From IMG/VR virus record IMGVR_UViG_2585427527_000003, positions 2,563 to 66,562 of that record: 64,000 bases of DNA. One strand, written 5' to 3'. Positions 56,196 to 64,000 of this stretch are shown in pieces (the first letter of the stretch is position 1; each line of letters opens with the position of its first letter). The notes below the pieces were generated by a model that had not been told where the DNA came from, did no database searches, and was given only the letters and a program-made list of their open reading frames with translations. Origin of the DNA: a virus. Lineage: Duplodnaviria; Caudoviricetes. The translations under genes were made by a program, and so were the position numbers.

Positions 56196-56604
56196 CATTC
56201 CGGCCGACCTAACTCTGGAGCGTATCCAGGCGCAGACCGACATCGATCATCAGGTCAGGCAGGCGCGCATGATGTTCATCACCGCCATTCCTGGCCAGGA
56301 GGCCGTCTATGCGATGAAGCTTCGCGAGGCGCAGCTGATCGTGGCCGATTGGCAGCACGGAGTTGATGTGCCCGAGGGCGAGACGCCGCATATCACGGTC
56401 GAGGCCGCAGAGCATGGCGTTAGCCGTTTCGAGAAGGCGGTCGAGATACTGACGCGAGATCAGCATTGGGCAGTCGGATCGCAGATGATCGAGGCCCTTC
56501 GCCGATCAGCTAATGCTGCCCTTTCCGTCGCCAAAACCGCTCCTGAAATCCGCGCCGCCGCCGATATCGATTGGCGAGCTGTGCGCATCTTTGCCCAAAC
56601 CTAA
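56185..56604 (+). CDS. Putative tail fibre assembly protein
   Basis: FITAIPGQEAVYAMKLREA, IEALR..A. Confidence 0.65.
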   Translation: MLFNIPADLTLERIQAQTDIDHQVRQARMMFITAIPGQEAVYAMKLREAQLIVADWQHGVDVPEGETPHITVEAAEHGVSRFEKAVEILTRDQHWAVGSQMIEALRRSANAALSVAKTAPEIRAAADIDWRAVRIFAQT

Positions 56605-56620
56605 CGCAGAAAGGACTGCC

Positions 56621-57271
56621 ATGTACCGCATTGACAGCATGTATGAACCGATGGTCGAGGCGCTGCTTTCGGCTCGCTCGGAAAGCCGGGCCGATCGCTG
56701 GATGGCGTGCGCCGCCTTCTGGCTCGGCCGGCAGCAGATTTATAACGTGCCGGATTACTGGCTCGCACTTGCCGCCAAGATCACCTCCGGACTGGATGCC
56801 GCCGATAAGGACGCCATTCTCGATCAGCTCACCAACAAGGAAGCCGCCCTGGTCAGCGCGGCCGGCGATTGGCCGGAAATGCCGTCGAGCCTTCAAGCCG
56901 TTGTTGCCGGCTGGTCTCCGGAACCGGTCCCTGTCGATCTCTACGCTTATGCCGCGACCAAGCGCTATGCCGTCGAAACGGGCGGCATCATCATCGACAC
57001 CATGCGTGTCATGACCGATCGGCAGAGCCAATCGCTGATCACTGGAGCCTACAACTATGTGCAGGCGAACCCGGAGGTAACGGTGAAGTTCAAGACGGCG
57101 GCCGGCTTTGTCGAGCTAACGGCGGCACAGATGACGGCTATCGCCAATACGGTCGGCGCTCACGTCCAGGCGAGCTTTGCCGCTGAAGGCGAAGTCGACA
57201 AGCAGATCATCGCCGGCACGATCACTACGACGGCCGAAATCGACGCCTTCGCGTGGCCTTCCAACCTTTAA
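56621..57271 (+). CDS. Protein with C-terminal DUF4376-like domain
   Basis: YAATKRYAVETGGI..TDRQSQ..FKTAAGFVEL..HVQASFAAE. Confidence 0.7.
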   Translation: MYRIDSMYEPMVEALLSARSESRADRWMACAAFWLGRQQIYNVPDYWLALAAKITSGLDAADKDAILDQLTNKEAALVSAAGDWPEMPSSLQAVVAGWSPEPVPVDLYAYAATKRYAVETGGIIIDTMRVMTDRQSQSLITGAYNYVQANPEVTVKFKTAAGFVELTAAQMTAIANTVGAHVQASFAAEGEVDKQIIAGTITTTAEIDAFAWPSNL

Positions 57272-57283
57272 CGGGGACCTTGT

Positions 57284-57553
57284 ATGTCTACTCTCGTAAA
57301 ATCACTCAAGAAACAGAATGAACTCTTGGCAGCTGAGGTTGAGCTGTACGCTGGTGGGCTCGATCGTCTGGCTGGCGAATTGGCCGACGCGCTGACCAAA
57401 CTAGCCGCTTACGAAAAGTCTCACGAGGTCGACACTGCGCCGATGGTGCCGGCCGGCCAGTCTATCGATGCCTCCAAGATCGAAGCAAAGAGCATTACGA
57501 TTACGGCACCGAAAAAGGCCAGGGCGTCGGAATCAGTCGATCTTGCGGATTGA
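57284..57553 (+). CDS. Hypothetical protein carrying one tail-fibre-type repeat
   Basis: Coiled N-terminus; SIDASKIEAKSIT. Confidence 0.55.
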   Translation: MSTLVKSLKKQNELLAAEVELYAGGLDRLAGELADALTKLAAYEKSHEVDTAPMVPAGQSIDASKIEAKSITITAPKKARASESVDLAD

Positions 57554-57715
57554 GATCTCAACGTCTCCGATCGGCTGTTGTTCATACGTCAGGCCGGCCA
57601 GATTGATCGTAAGTACTGGCGTTTGCTCGCGTAATAAGTGAGCGACCAGCTCAAATGCCGCCTTCTTGACTTCATCCGGCAAGCTCGAAGCAGGCACGAT
57701 CTTAGGAATATCCAT
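57533..57715 (-). CDS. Hypothetical protein (60 aa)
   Basis: AAGGA RBS; antisense. Confidence 0.45.
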   Translation of the reverse strand: MDIPKIVPASSLPDEVKKAAFELVAHLLREQTPVLTINLAGLTYEQQPIGDVEISIRKID

Positions 57716-57780
57716 TGGGTTTCCTTTTCATATTTGGCTTGCGGAAAAACTAACCCCACAATCATTAAGGGTATCCTACT

Positions 57781-58413
57781 ATGGATCACGCGAAATTCTT
57801 CGCGGCAGTGCGCACGTCGTTGTTTGGCGGGCGGCTGTCGACGAACCAGGTCAACGGCGTCGAGGCCATTCTCGACGAATGGCAGGCCAAACCGTTCGAT
57901 AGCCGCTGGCTCGCCTATATGCTGGCGACGGCCTTTCACGAGACGGACAACACCATGTGCGCCATCTCGGAAAACCTCAACTATTCGGCATCTGGTCTGC
58001 TGGCGACCTTCCCGAAATACTTCACCGTCTCACAGGCGTCCGCCTATGCCCGTCAGCCGCAGCGCATCGCAAATCGGGCCTATGCAAACCGCATGGGCAA
58101 CGGCAGCGAGGCCAGCGGCGACGGTTGGCGTTATCGGGGGCGCGGCCTGGTGCAGATTACCGGTCGCGACAATTACGCCAAGTACAGCATCGCCGACGAT
58201 CCGGACAAGGCGCTCGATCCCGTCAAGGCCGTTGAGATCCTGTTTGACGGCATGATCAACGGCCGTTTCACCAGCAAGAAGCTCGCCGAATATTTCAGCG
58301 CGACCGCGACCGACTGGCTCGGTGCCCGTAAGATCATCAACGGTACGGATCGCGCGAGCGATATCGCCGGATACGCAAAGAAGTTCCTCGCGGCGCTCGA
58401 AGCGGCGCGTTGA
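57781..58413 (+). CDS. Endolysin, glycoside hydrolase family 19
   Basis: LAYMLATAFHET, ENLNYS, YRGRGLVQITGRDNY, ARKIING. Confidence 0.92.
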   Translation: MDHAKFFAAVRTSLFGGRLSTNQVNGVEAILDEWQAKPFDSRWLAYMLATAFHETDNTMCAISENLNYSASGLLATFPKYFTVSQASAYARQPQRIANRAYANRMGNGSEASGDGWRYRGRGLVQITGRDNYAKYSIADDPDKALDPVKAVEILFDGMINGRFTSKKLAEYFSATATDWLGARKIINGTDRASDIAGYAKKFLAALEAAR

Positions 58414-58470
58414 TGCATGCCGCCTACAGGCGGTCCATTCCTCCCTCCCTGACATCGAAGGATATCCATC

Positions 58471-58788
58471 ATGCGCGCATTGCTCTTCGCAATGGCGGCT
58501 GGCATTGCTTTGTCCGGCTGCGTAACCACGGAACAGGTCGACAAGACGAACTCGAAGATCGAGAGCGGCCTGAACGACGCCTGCCCGAAGCTTGAGGCGG
58601 CACATAACCTCTTCCTGCTGTCCAGCGTCTTCGTCCACTATTCGCAAAAGGTCATCGACACCGAACGTCAGACCTATGCCGGCGTGCAGACCTTCTGCGC
58701 CGATCCCGCTTCCGTCACCCTGCAGTCATCCGTTTCGAAAGTCCTGCAGGCGATCGAAGACATCAAAGCCGCCAAAGCTGGCGGCTAA
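58471..58788 (+). CDS. Lipoprotein in lysis cassette
   Basis: Lipobox LSGC after hydrophobic leader. Confidence 0.75.
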   Translation: MRALLFAMAAGIALSGCVTTEQVDKTNSKIESGLNDACPKLEAAHNLFLLSSVFVHYSQKVIDTERQTYAGVQTFCADPASVTLQSSVSKVLQAIEDIKAAKAGG

Positions 58789-58826
58789 TCCTCCCTCAAC
58801 CCACTGTCCAAATCAGGAGCATTCCC

Positions 58827-59087
58827 ATGTTCAACACGAACCTGGTGCATAACATCATCAACCTGCTCGGCCTCATTCTCGGCGTGCTGCTGACGGTCGA
58901 CTGGACCGGCCTCGGCATGTCCGACACGACGGCTGCAAAGGTCGCGGCCGGCGTGCTGCTTCTCAGCAACCTTATCAAGGTGACGATGAACCTGACGCGC
59001 GACGGCGCCAGCGGCATCTTGAAGCCGCAGCCGCCCGTCGCCGCCAACGACTCGAAGCCCGCAGCGGAAACGCGCGCAGCCGCATAA
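58827..59087 (+). CDS. Holin-like membrane protein
   Basis: Two hydrophobic helices; AGGAG RBS. Confidence 0.65.
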   Translation: MFNTNLVHNIINLLGLILGVLLTVDWTGLGMSDTTAAKVAAGVLLLSNLIKVTMNLTRDGASGILKPQPPVAANDSKPAAETRAAA

Positions 59088-59166
59088 GGCGGGGCAGTTC
59101 TATGCGCTTCCCGGCTCACGTCGGGGAGCGTCTTCCTTTTCCACATTCGGGCATTCGAGGGGCAGA

Positions 59167-59496
59167 ATGGCTATCAATGATTTCATGGATGCTCTTGGCA
59201 TCAAGGTCGGCGTTGCGGTTGCAGGACTGATGGGCGGCGTCCTGCGCGGACTTTCTCGCCGACGCTACACGGCACGCGAGATATTCGCCTCGCCGATCTG
59301 CGGCGCCATCGCGGCCGCCTATCTGACGGAACCGGTGCTCTACTATCTCCGGTCGCTGAACTGGCCACTGCCAAATCCCGATCTTGCCGCCATGAACGCG
59401 ACGGCCTTCGTGGTCGGCGTCTGCGCCATGTGGATCGCGGATATCATCTTCGAAGTCGTTGTCCGATGGGCACGAGGCGGGCGGTCGGCCTCATAG
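59167..59496 (+). CDS. Holin-like membrane protein
   Basis: Three hydrophobic segments; in lysis cassette. Confidence 0.65.
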   Translation: MAINDFMDALGIKVGVAVAGLMGGVLRGLSRRRYTAREIFASPICGAIAAAYLTEPVLYYLRSLNWPLPNPDLAAMNATAFVVGVCAMWIADIIFEVVVRWARGGRSAS

Positions 59497-59504
59497 AGGC
59501 CGGC

Positions 59505-59699
59505 CTAGCGGTCCACGGGCACATGCTCAAGAAGAGTGGTGTCGAGATTCATCTGACGGGCGTTCATGTTGGCATCAAACCAGAGCAGTTCGGCAAGCTC
59601 CGTATCATCCGCCTGCAGGTGAAGCTTGATCACCAGCATCGACGGAGATCGCATGCCCTTGGTGCGTACGATGTCACCGAAGCGAATTGTTTCACTCAT
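59505..59699 (-). CDS. YodC/DUF2158-like small protein
   Basis: FGDIVRTK..SPSMLV...WFD. Confidence 0.55.
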   Translation of the reverse strand: MSETIRFGDIVRTKGMRSPSMLVIKLHLQADDTELAELLWFDANMNARQMNLDTTLLEHVPVDR

Positions 59700-59902
59700 T
59701 GGTTTGCCTGCGCCCTTCTGCTCACTCGTCGTTCCTCGACCCATTCCTGATCGGGAAAGTGATCCCAACACCAAAAGCTGTTTTGACCCTTTACCGGCTC
59801 ATAGCCGAGGCTGCCCCACACCTTGCATCCAGGCTCTTCGCAGTAGTGTTCGAATAGATGCGATGGGATCTGCCGGGCGATGGTCGACGCTTCATCGCCC
59901 AT
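59696..59902 (-). CDS. Small Cys/His protein
   Basis: HYCEEPGCKVWGSLG...WCWDH; coupled on both sides. Confidence 0.6.
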   Translation of the reverse strand: MGDEASTIARQIPSHLFEHYCEEPGCKVWGSLGYEPVKGQNSFWCWDHFPDQEWVEERRVSRRAQANQ

Positions 59903-60201
59903 CAGTTCAGTTCCGCCTTGTGCGCCTTGTCGATCGACCCCAACAGTGAATCCGAGAACGCTTCCAGCACCGTCAGTGCATTCGCGAAGCGTTGCGCATC
60001 GGGCGTTCCTAGAGCGCGCATTCCGTTATCTTTGAGATCAACACCGACCTGTAAGATCACGGAATTGGCAAACTCGCGCATATCCGGCGTTGTCGACCCA
60101 AGGCTGCCAAGCAAATGTCCGATCATGATATCGTGCATCAGGCAACGGGCATCCAACTCCGCAATGGTACTTTCCAGTTTCTTGACGCGGCTCTCGATCA
60201 T
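59902..60201 (-). CDS. Hypothetical protein (99 aa)
   Basis: AGGAG RBS; coupled to SRAP stop. Confidence 0.6.
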   Translation of the reverse strand: MIESRVKKLESTIAELDARCLMHDIMIGHLLGSLGSTTPDMREFANSVILQVGVDLKDNGMRALGTPDAQRFANALTVLEAFSDSLLGSIDKAHKAELN

Positions 60202-60935
60202 TTTTCATCTCCTGAGGATTTCTTCGCTGGCAACAGCACCAGCTCATCATCTGGCAACGGCCGCTGAAGCGCCTTCGCTTCTTCCCACGGCGCTGTCAGC
60301 CAGGTCTCGACTTCGTCCTGATTTCTCAGGATGGCAGGCATGGCCTTTTGATGAACAGGCCCGACGATCGCGTTTGGCTCTGTCGTCAGGAAGCCGTAGA
60401 GATCGACCGTAATCTCTCCCTCCTTGACCTTCCTCACAGACCGCCATTGCGGAACCCATAGGCCGGCGAAGAACATCAACGGCTCATCCGCGTTCGCTGC
60501 GAACCATGCGTTCGGCGTTCTGTCGCCTTCAACCTTCCTGGCCGGATCTGGCTCAGCAAACCGGTTGAACGGCACCACACAGCGGTTCTCCACTCCCAGC
60601 CATCTCGCCCAATGCTTGCTCGACGTGTTCCGGACGTTCGTCGTTCCGCCGTCAGGCTCCATCCTCAGAAGCTCGTCGAAGTCGACTTGCTTGCCTTTGG
60701 CGCGGAGCTTGTCGGCCCGCTTGGTAGCGTTGTCGAGGATGGCTTTTTGGGAAGAAGGCAATCCCCAGCGCACCTTTACCAGTTCTCGGCCGGCTGGCGT
60801 GTTCCGGACAATCGGTCCCATCTGATCGGGGTATAGGTCTAGCTCCGGCTCAAGGTTGCCGACGCTGTCGATCAACGCCCGAGTGATCTGGCGAATGGAT
60901 TCCTGATTGGTCGAGATATTATATAGATTGCACAT
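60198..60935 (-). CDS. SOS response-associated peptidase (SRAP/YedK family)
   Basis: Met-Cys start (MCNLY), RWGLP, TNVRN, RCVVP..F.E, FAGLW, LTTEPN..VH.KAMP.IL. Confidence 0.92.
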   Translation of the reverse strand: MCNLYNISTNQESIRQITRALIDSVGNLEPELDLYPDQMGPIVRNTPAGRELVKVRWGLPSSQKAILDNATKRADKLRAKGKQVDFDELLRMEPDGGTTNVRNTSSKHWARWLGVENRCVVPFNRFAEPDPARKVEGDRTPNAWFAANADEPLMFFAGLWVPQWRSVRKVKEGEITVDLYGFLTTEPNAIVGPVHQKAMPAILRNQDEVETWLTAPWEEAKALQRPLPDDELVLLPAKKSSGDEK

Positions 60936-60946
60936 CCAAAACTCCC

Positions 60947-61450
60947 CTATCCTCGCGTTTGTGAGACCACGACGACTTTCGCTGAGCCTTTGAGGCCGCA
61001 TTTCTTGCACCTAAGCACCTTCGCGGCGTCAGAGATCGGGGCATCCTTTCCCAGTATTTTCTCCAGTCTCAGTCGTTCAATCTCGGTCTTCCGGCCGCAA
61101 GTGCAATGCGCGTAGAGCCTATGCCACTCCCTCAGGTCCGAAAAGACAACAGCATCATTCGTTCTAGCCTTCGGATTGATGTACCCCATCCTCTTTGCCC
61201 ATTCGTCGGGCGAAAAGTGAAAATGAAGGCGGCATCGATTATTGAATGCATTCTCGGTGCGCGTGCATCCCAGGGATTTGGCGATCAACGATGGAAGCGA
61301 CGGCATTGTAAGATTGCCATGTTCCTCCAAGAGGGCCTTTCGATCTAGTCGCCGCAGGATCTCGCAGTCCTCGCAGATTACGTCGACCGTCTCGCCCTTG
61401 TGATCCGCAAGCATATTGGCAGGCGATTCCGCACGCTCAGTGGTGCTCAT
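60947..61450 (-). CDS. Protein with two Zn-ribbon-like repeats
   Basis: VICEDCE..LGC..C and AHCTCGR..LRCKKCG. Confidence 0.7.
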   Translation of the reverse strand: MSTTERAESPANMLADHKGETVDVICEDCEILRRLDRKALLEEHGNLTMPSLPSLIAKSLGCTRTENAFNNRCRLHFHFSPDEWAKRMGYINPKARTNDAVVFSDLREWHRLYAHCTCGRKTEIERLRLEKILGKDAPISDAAKVLRCKKCGLKGSAKVVVVSQTRG

Positions 61451-61628
61451 CGGGACGCATGTGCTCGACTACGGCGCGGGCTTCGGTGATCTTCCGCAGA
61501 AATGCATCCGACTTGGCTATGGCGCCGTCTCTCTTCCGCTGGTCAAAGACATCCTCGCCAAGGAAGGCCACAAGATCTCTAATGACTTGGGCATCGCGAG
61601 GCGTGATTGTGTAATCGGTCGTTTGCAT
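61437..61628 (-). CDS. Hypothetical protein (63 aa), first gene of SOS operon
   Basis: GGAG upstream; overlaps next gene. Confidence 0.55.
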   Translation of the reverse strand: MQTTDYTITPRDAQVIRDLVAFLGEDVFDQRKRDGAIAKSDAFLRKITEARAVVEHMRPDEHH

Positions 61629-61710
61629 GGCGCACGTCTCCGTTCCGCCGATCGCGGACGGTCCTCTCTGTCAAATTGTCGGTAAACCTAGACCGTGCCC
61701 GGCCTCGTTT

Positions 61711-61725
61711 GTTCTTATTATGTTC
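61711..61725 (-). promoter_or_regulatory. Alphaproteobacterial LexA box
   Basis: GTTC-ttattat-GTTC upstream of the leftward SRAP operon. Confidence 0.78.
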
Positions 61726-61987
61726 TAATTGGAAGGTGAGTCAAGATGCTTCGCTCTTGATCGATTTCGGGGCTTTCGGTGTTTTACAGTCCCATTGATA
61801 CTAAGCGGCATTTTCGCGCACGAACGGCCGAGTTTTACATGCTAAGTGCTGGCGCTGTCGACAATAAGTCGAGCTTCCCAAGCTGAATGAGAGACGACCG
61901 CTGTCTACGCGCCTTCTGGAACCTGCTCCAGCAGGCTGGTATCACGTGCCATTCGGTGAGCATTCAGGTTTGATTTAATACACTGAC

Positions 61988-62656
61988 CTATGCCGCTTCT
62001 TTCTTTATAAGAAATTCCCCGGCCAGAGAGCGCTTATTGAGGTCAGCGATAAGGCCATCGCGAAAATCCTCTACAGAAACTAGGTTCTTCGCTGCCTCTT
62101 TAAAAAGTAATTCTTGTATCTTCTTATTTTTTTCTTTTCTCCCGTCTTCTCCAGCCGGGATTAGTCTCTGCAATAAAGTAACGTGGGTTGGGACTGGTGG
62201 CAGCGAAGCGTCAAACTTCCGTGGTACGGTCTCGTCGTACACGCAGAATAGGCGCCCGTGACCGGCCTGCTTAAGACTGCGAACAACCTCTGTCTTGATT
62301 TGTATAAGCGCTTGTACTGTACGAGGGGGTTGGTCGGGCTTTCTACTCAGACGGTCAACGATAAGTGCGGCAATATCATCGTTTGATGCGCCATCCCGAA
62401 ACAGGCTAAGGCCTTTAGTTCGTGCCTGATCAAGCGATGTGATTAGCACATTTCCATTTTGATCAACGTCACCCGGGCTTATGACCATTCTATAGAGATA
62501 TTCTTGGGGTGAAACAGCGCCAGGCGAGCCGAAACCAACCGAAAATTCCTCACATTTACAGTGAGGAAAGGATTTCTCGACCTTTTCGGCTTGTCCCTTA
62601 TCGTCCGTTAAGCCGTCAAGTGCGGCCCTGCACCCTGCGCATATATCGACTATCAC
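61988..62656 (-). CDS. Putative ADP-ribosyltransferase-fold toxin-like protein (222 aa)
   Basis: EYLYRM..P...GLSLFR...H spacing resembles ART R-S core; GTG start overlaps upstream TGA. Confidence 0.5.
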   Translation of the reverse strand: MIVDICAGCRAALDGLTDDKGQAEKVEKSFPHCKCEEFSVGFGSPGAVSPQEYLYRMVISPGDVDQNGNVLITSLDQARTKGLSLFRDGASNDDIAALIVDRLSRKPDQPPRTVQALIQIKTEVVRSLKQAGHGRLFCVYDETVPRKFDASLPPVPTHVTLLQRLIPAGEDGRKEKNKKIQELLFKEAAKNLVSVEDFRDGLIADLNKRSLAGEFLIKKEAA

Positions 62657-63174
62657 GCTTCAAACCGAAATCCAAAAGCATTCAAAAACTTCGATGCGAA
62701 CAATTTATCGTCCAGCTTGCCTTCGAACCCGACAGGCTCATAGCCTTCACGCGAGAAGTAAACTTCCGCGAAGCCATCAGGTAAGAATACAATTTGGCCG
62801 ATCTCGTTCTGCTCGTGAAATTCTACAACAGCGTGACCGTCGCTGTTCAAGCCTACAAGTGGCTCCGGTGAGTAATAAGGCAGCTGGCGAACGAAAAGGA
62901 TCGCGTTATCGACGCTTCCTGCATCCGCGGCCGCCGCCCCTTCACCATCATGATCCTCTTCAAGAGACGCCAGGAATGCCAGTCGCTTTGTCGCTGCAGG
63001 CCGAAATTCAAACTCCGGCGGGACGATTGTCCCCGAAGGCGTTGTTGAATTGGCCCCCTGATTAGGGGTGCCAGCGGGCTTAACATAGGTCGAGTACGTG
63101 CCTACCGCAACGCCCGGGATGAGCGCAGCTGCTGTCGCTGTGGCGATTGCTGTCGTGCCAGAAAACCTATACAT
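62653..63174 (-). CDS. Putative antitoxin-like protein (173 aa)
   Basis: Low-complexity N-terminus then LASLEEDHDGEGAAA..DNAILFV..P.V..DG..VEF. Confidence 0.55.
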   Translation of the reverse strand: MYRFSGTTAIATATAAALIPGVAVGTYSTYVKPAGTPNQGANSTTPSGTIVPPEFEFRPAATKRLAFLASLEEDHDGEGAAAADAGSVDNAILFVRQLPYYSPEPLVGLNSDGHAVVEFHEQNEIGQIVFLPDGFAEVYFSREGYEPVGFEGKLDDKLFASKFLNAFGFRFEA

Positions 63175-64000
63175 GCGGTAGCCCGTTGGTCTGTGCGAAA
63201 TTCTTATTAATTATCTTGCCAAATAGGTCGATCACGTGACCGTGCAACCCATCGAGAGTTGTTATAACCGAATCTATAGCATTATCTGGCGCAATTTCTA
63301 GTCCCTGCAAGTACTGCCTTTCTGCGGCGGTAACAGTTGCAATTGTACGTCGGTTTCCGACTGGAGGCGCTCCCGTCAGAATCTGAGCGTCGATATTTAT
63401 CGTAGACAGGGTACGTTCTGCTTCAGTTATGTCCTCAAATCTTCCTGTATGAGAGTGAAAAAGGTCCGTTGCAGTGAAGATTTGTGGCGCTATAAGGTCG
63501 GAAGTAGAGTCCAAAACCTCTCCCACATCAAAATCCGCGACATCACCCTCGAAGATGAATCGATCTAAATATTCAAGTCTGACCGCAGCTATTGCTACGG
63601 ATTCAACGACGATCCTCAACGCATCCTTAAATAGCCCGGCAATGTTGTTTCTTTCTTGATTCCAAGAATGATACATCCACGAACTGTATGTTAGTTCCGC
63701 TGGCTGAAATGTAACTTGAGAAGAAAGCTGATTTACCACAGCTTCTTCGAAGCGCACTAACGATGTTTTTTGAAACATCATTCCCTGCGATGCCAGAGGT
63801 GGCGGGGGAGGAAAACTCGGGTCGCCAATTGCAACCTGAAAGCTTTGTATCGGCTGCCGATTGATTAGACCTGCAAACGTTGCCGCAGGCTCAATTGCTC
63901 GCAGGATTCTCTTAGCGGAAAGCGACGCTACAGGCTCCCGAAAGCGTATGACAACGGCCATGTTGTCTATAGCATTGTTGGGATGAAGCATCTTCCACAT
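63167..64000 (-). CDS. TIGR04255-like protein (start at window edge)
   Basis: NAIDNMAVVIRF, YHSW, VRLEYLDRF pattern. Confidence 0.7.
   Translation of the reverse strand: MWKMLHPNNAIDNMAVVIRFREPVASLSAKRILRAIEPAATFAGLINRQPIQSFQVAIGDPSFPPPPPLASQGMMFQKTSLVRFEEAVVNQLSSQVTFQPAELTYSSWMYHSWNQERNNIAGLFKDALRIVVESVAIAAVRLEYLDRFIFEGDVADFDVGEVLDSTSDLIAPQIFTATDLFHSHTGRFEDITEAERTLSTINIDAQILTGAPPVGNRRTIATVTAAERQYLQGLEIAPDNAIDSVITTLDGLHGHVIDLFGKIINKNFAQTNGLPHV

Larger units (their letters stand above)
17934..64000. mobile_element. Temperate siphovirus prophage (HK97-type head); right att not in window
   Basis: int-xis, immunity, replication, packaging, head, tail and lysis modules in canonical order. Confidence 0.93.

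Noticed and set aside
1-64000. CRISPR array, rRNA, IS transposase
   Set aside because: No regularly spaced repeat-spacer pattern, rRNA-like sequence or DDE transposase motifs noticed

Overview
GC-rich alphaproteobacterial DNA, most likely Rhizobiaceae (inferred from gene content and GAAC-N7-GAAC LexA boxes). It is almost entirely two mobile elements stacked in tandem at a tRNA-Thr(GGT) locus; a 47-bp copy of the tRNA 3' half at 17934-17980 is the junction. Left (1-~17930, left end outside the window): an integrative, plasmid-like element with a tyrosine integrase, a replicase and an HUH relaxase. Its defence-type cargo is a Vsr / C5-methyltransferase / GHKL(MORC-like)-histidine-kinase / receiver cluster, a two-gene DUF559-type nuclease operon and a HEPN-like gene. 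Right (~17980 to beyond 64000): an apparently near-complete temperate siphovirus prophage. It carries int/xis, a phage-borne DnaN, CI/Cro/CII with readable operators, ParB-MT-A70 and C5 methyltransferases, a replication protein, a NusG paralog followed by a structured RNA, HK97-type head genes, a tail with a -1 frameshift site, a modular tail-tip protein, a GH19 lysis cassette and a LexA-boxed SRAP operon. At the far right is a lower-GC, translationally coupled three-gene cassette (TIGR04255-like / putative antitoxin / putative ADP-ribosyltransferase-like toxin). Best candidates for uncharacterised systems: that right-end triad, the methylase-linked two-component-like cluster, the paired LexA-controlled Zn-ribbon genes, and the NusG-paralog plus structured-RNA unit. 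All family calls come from motif reading by eye; no database searches were run.
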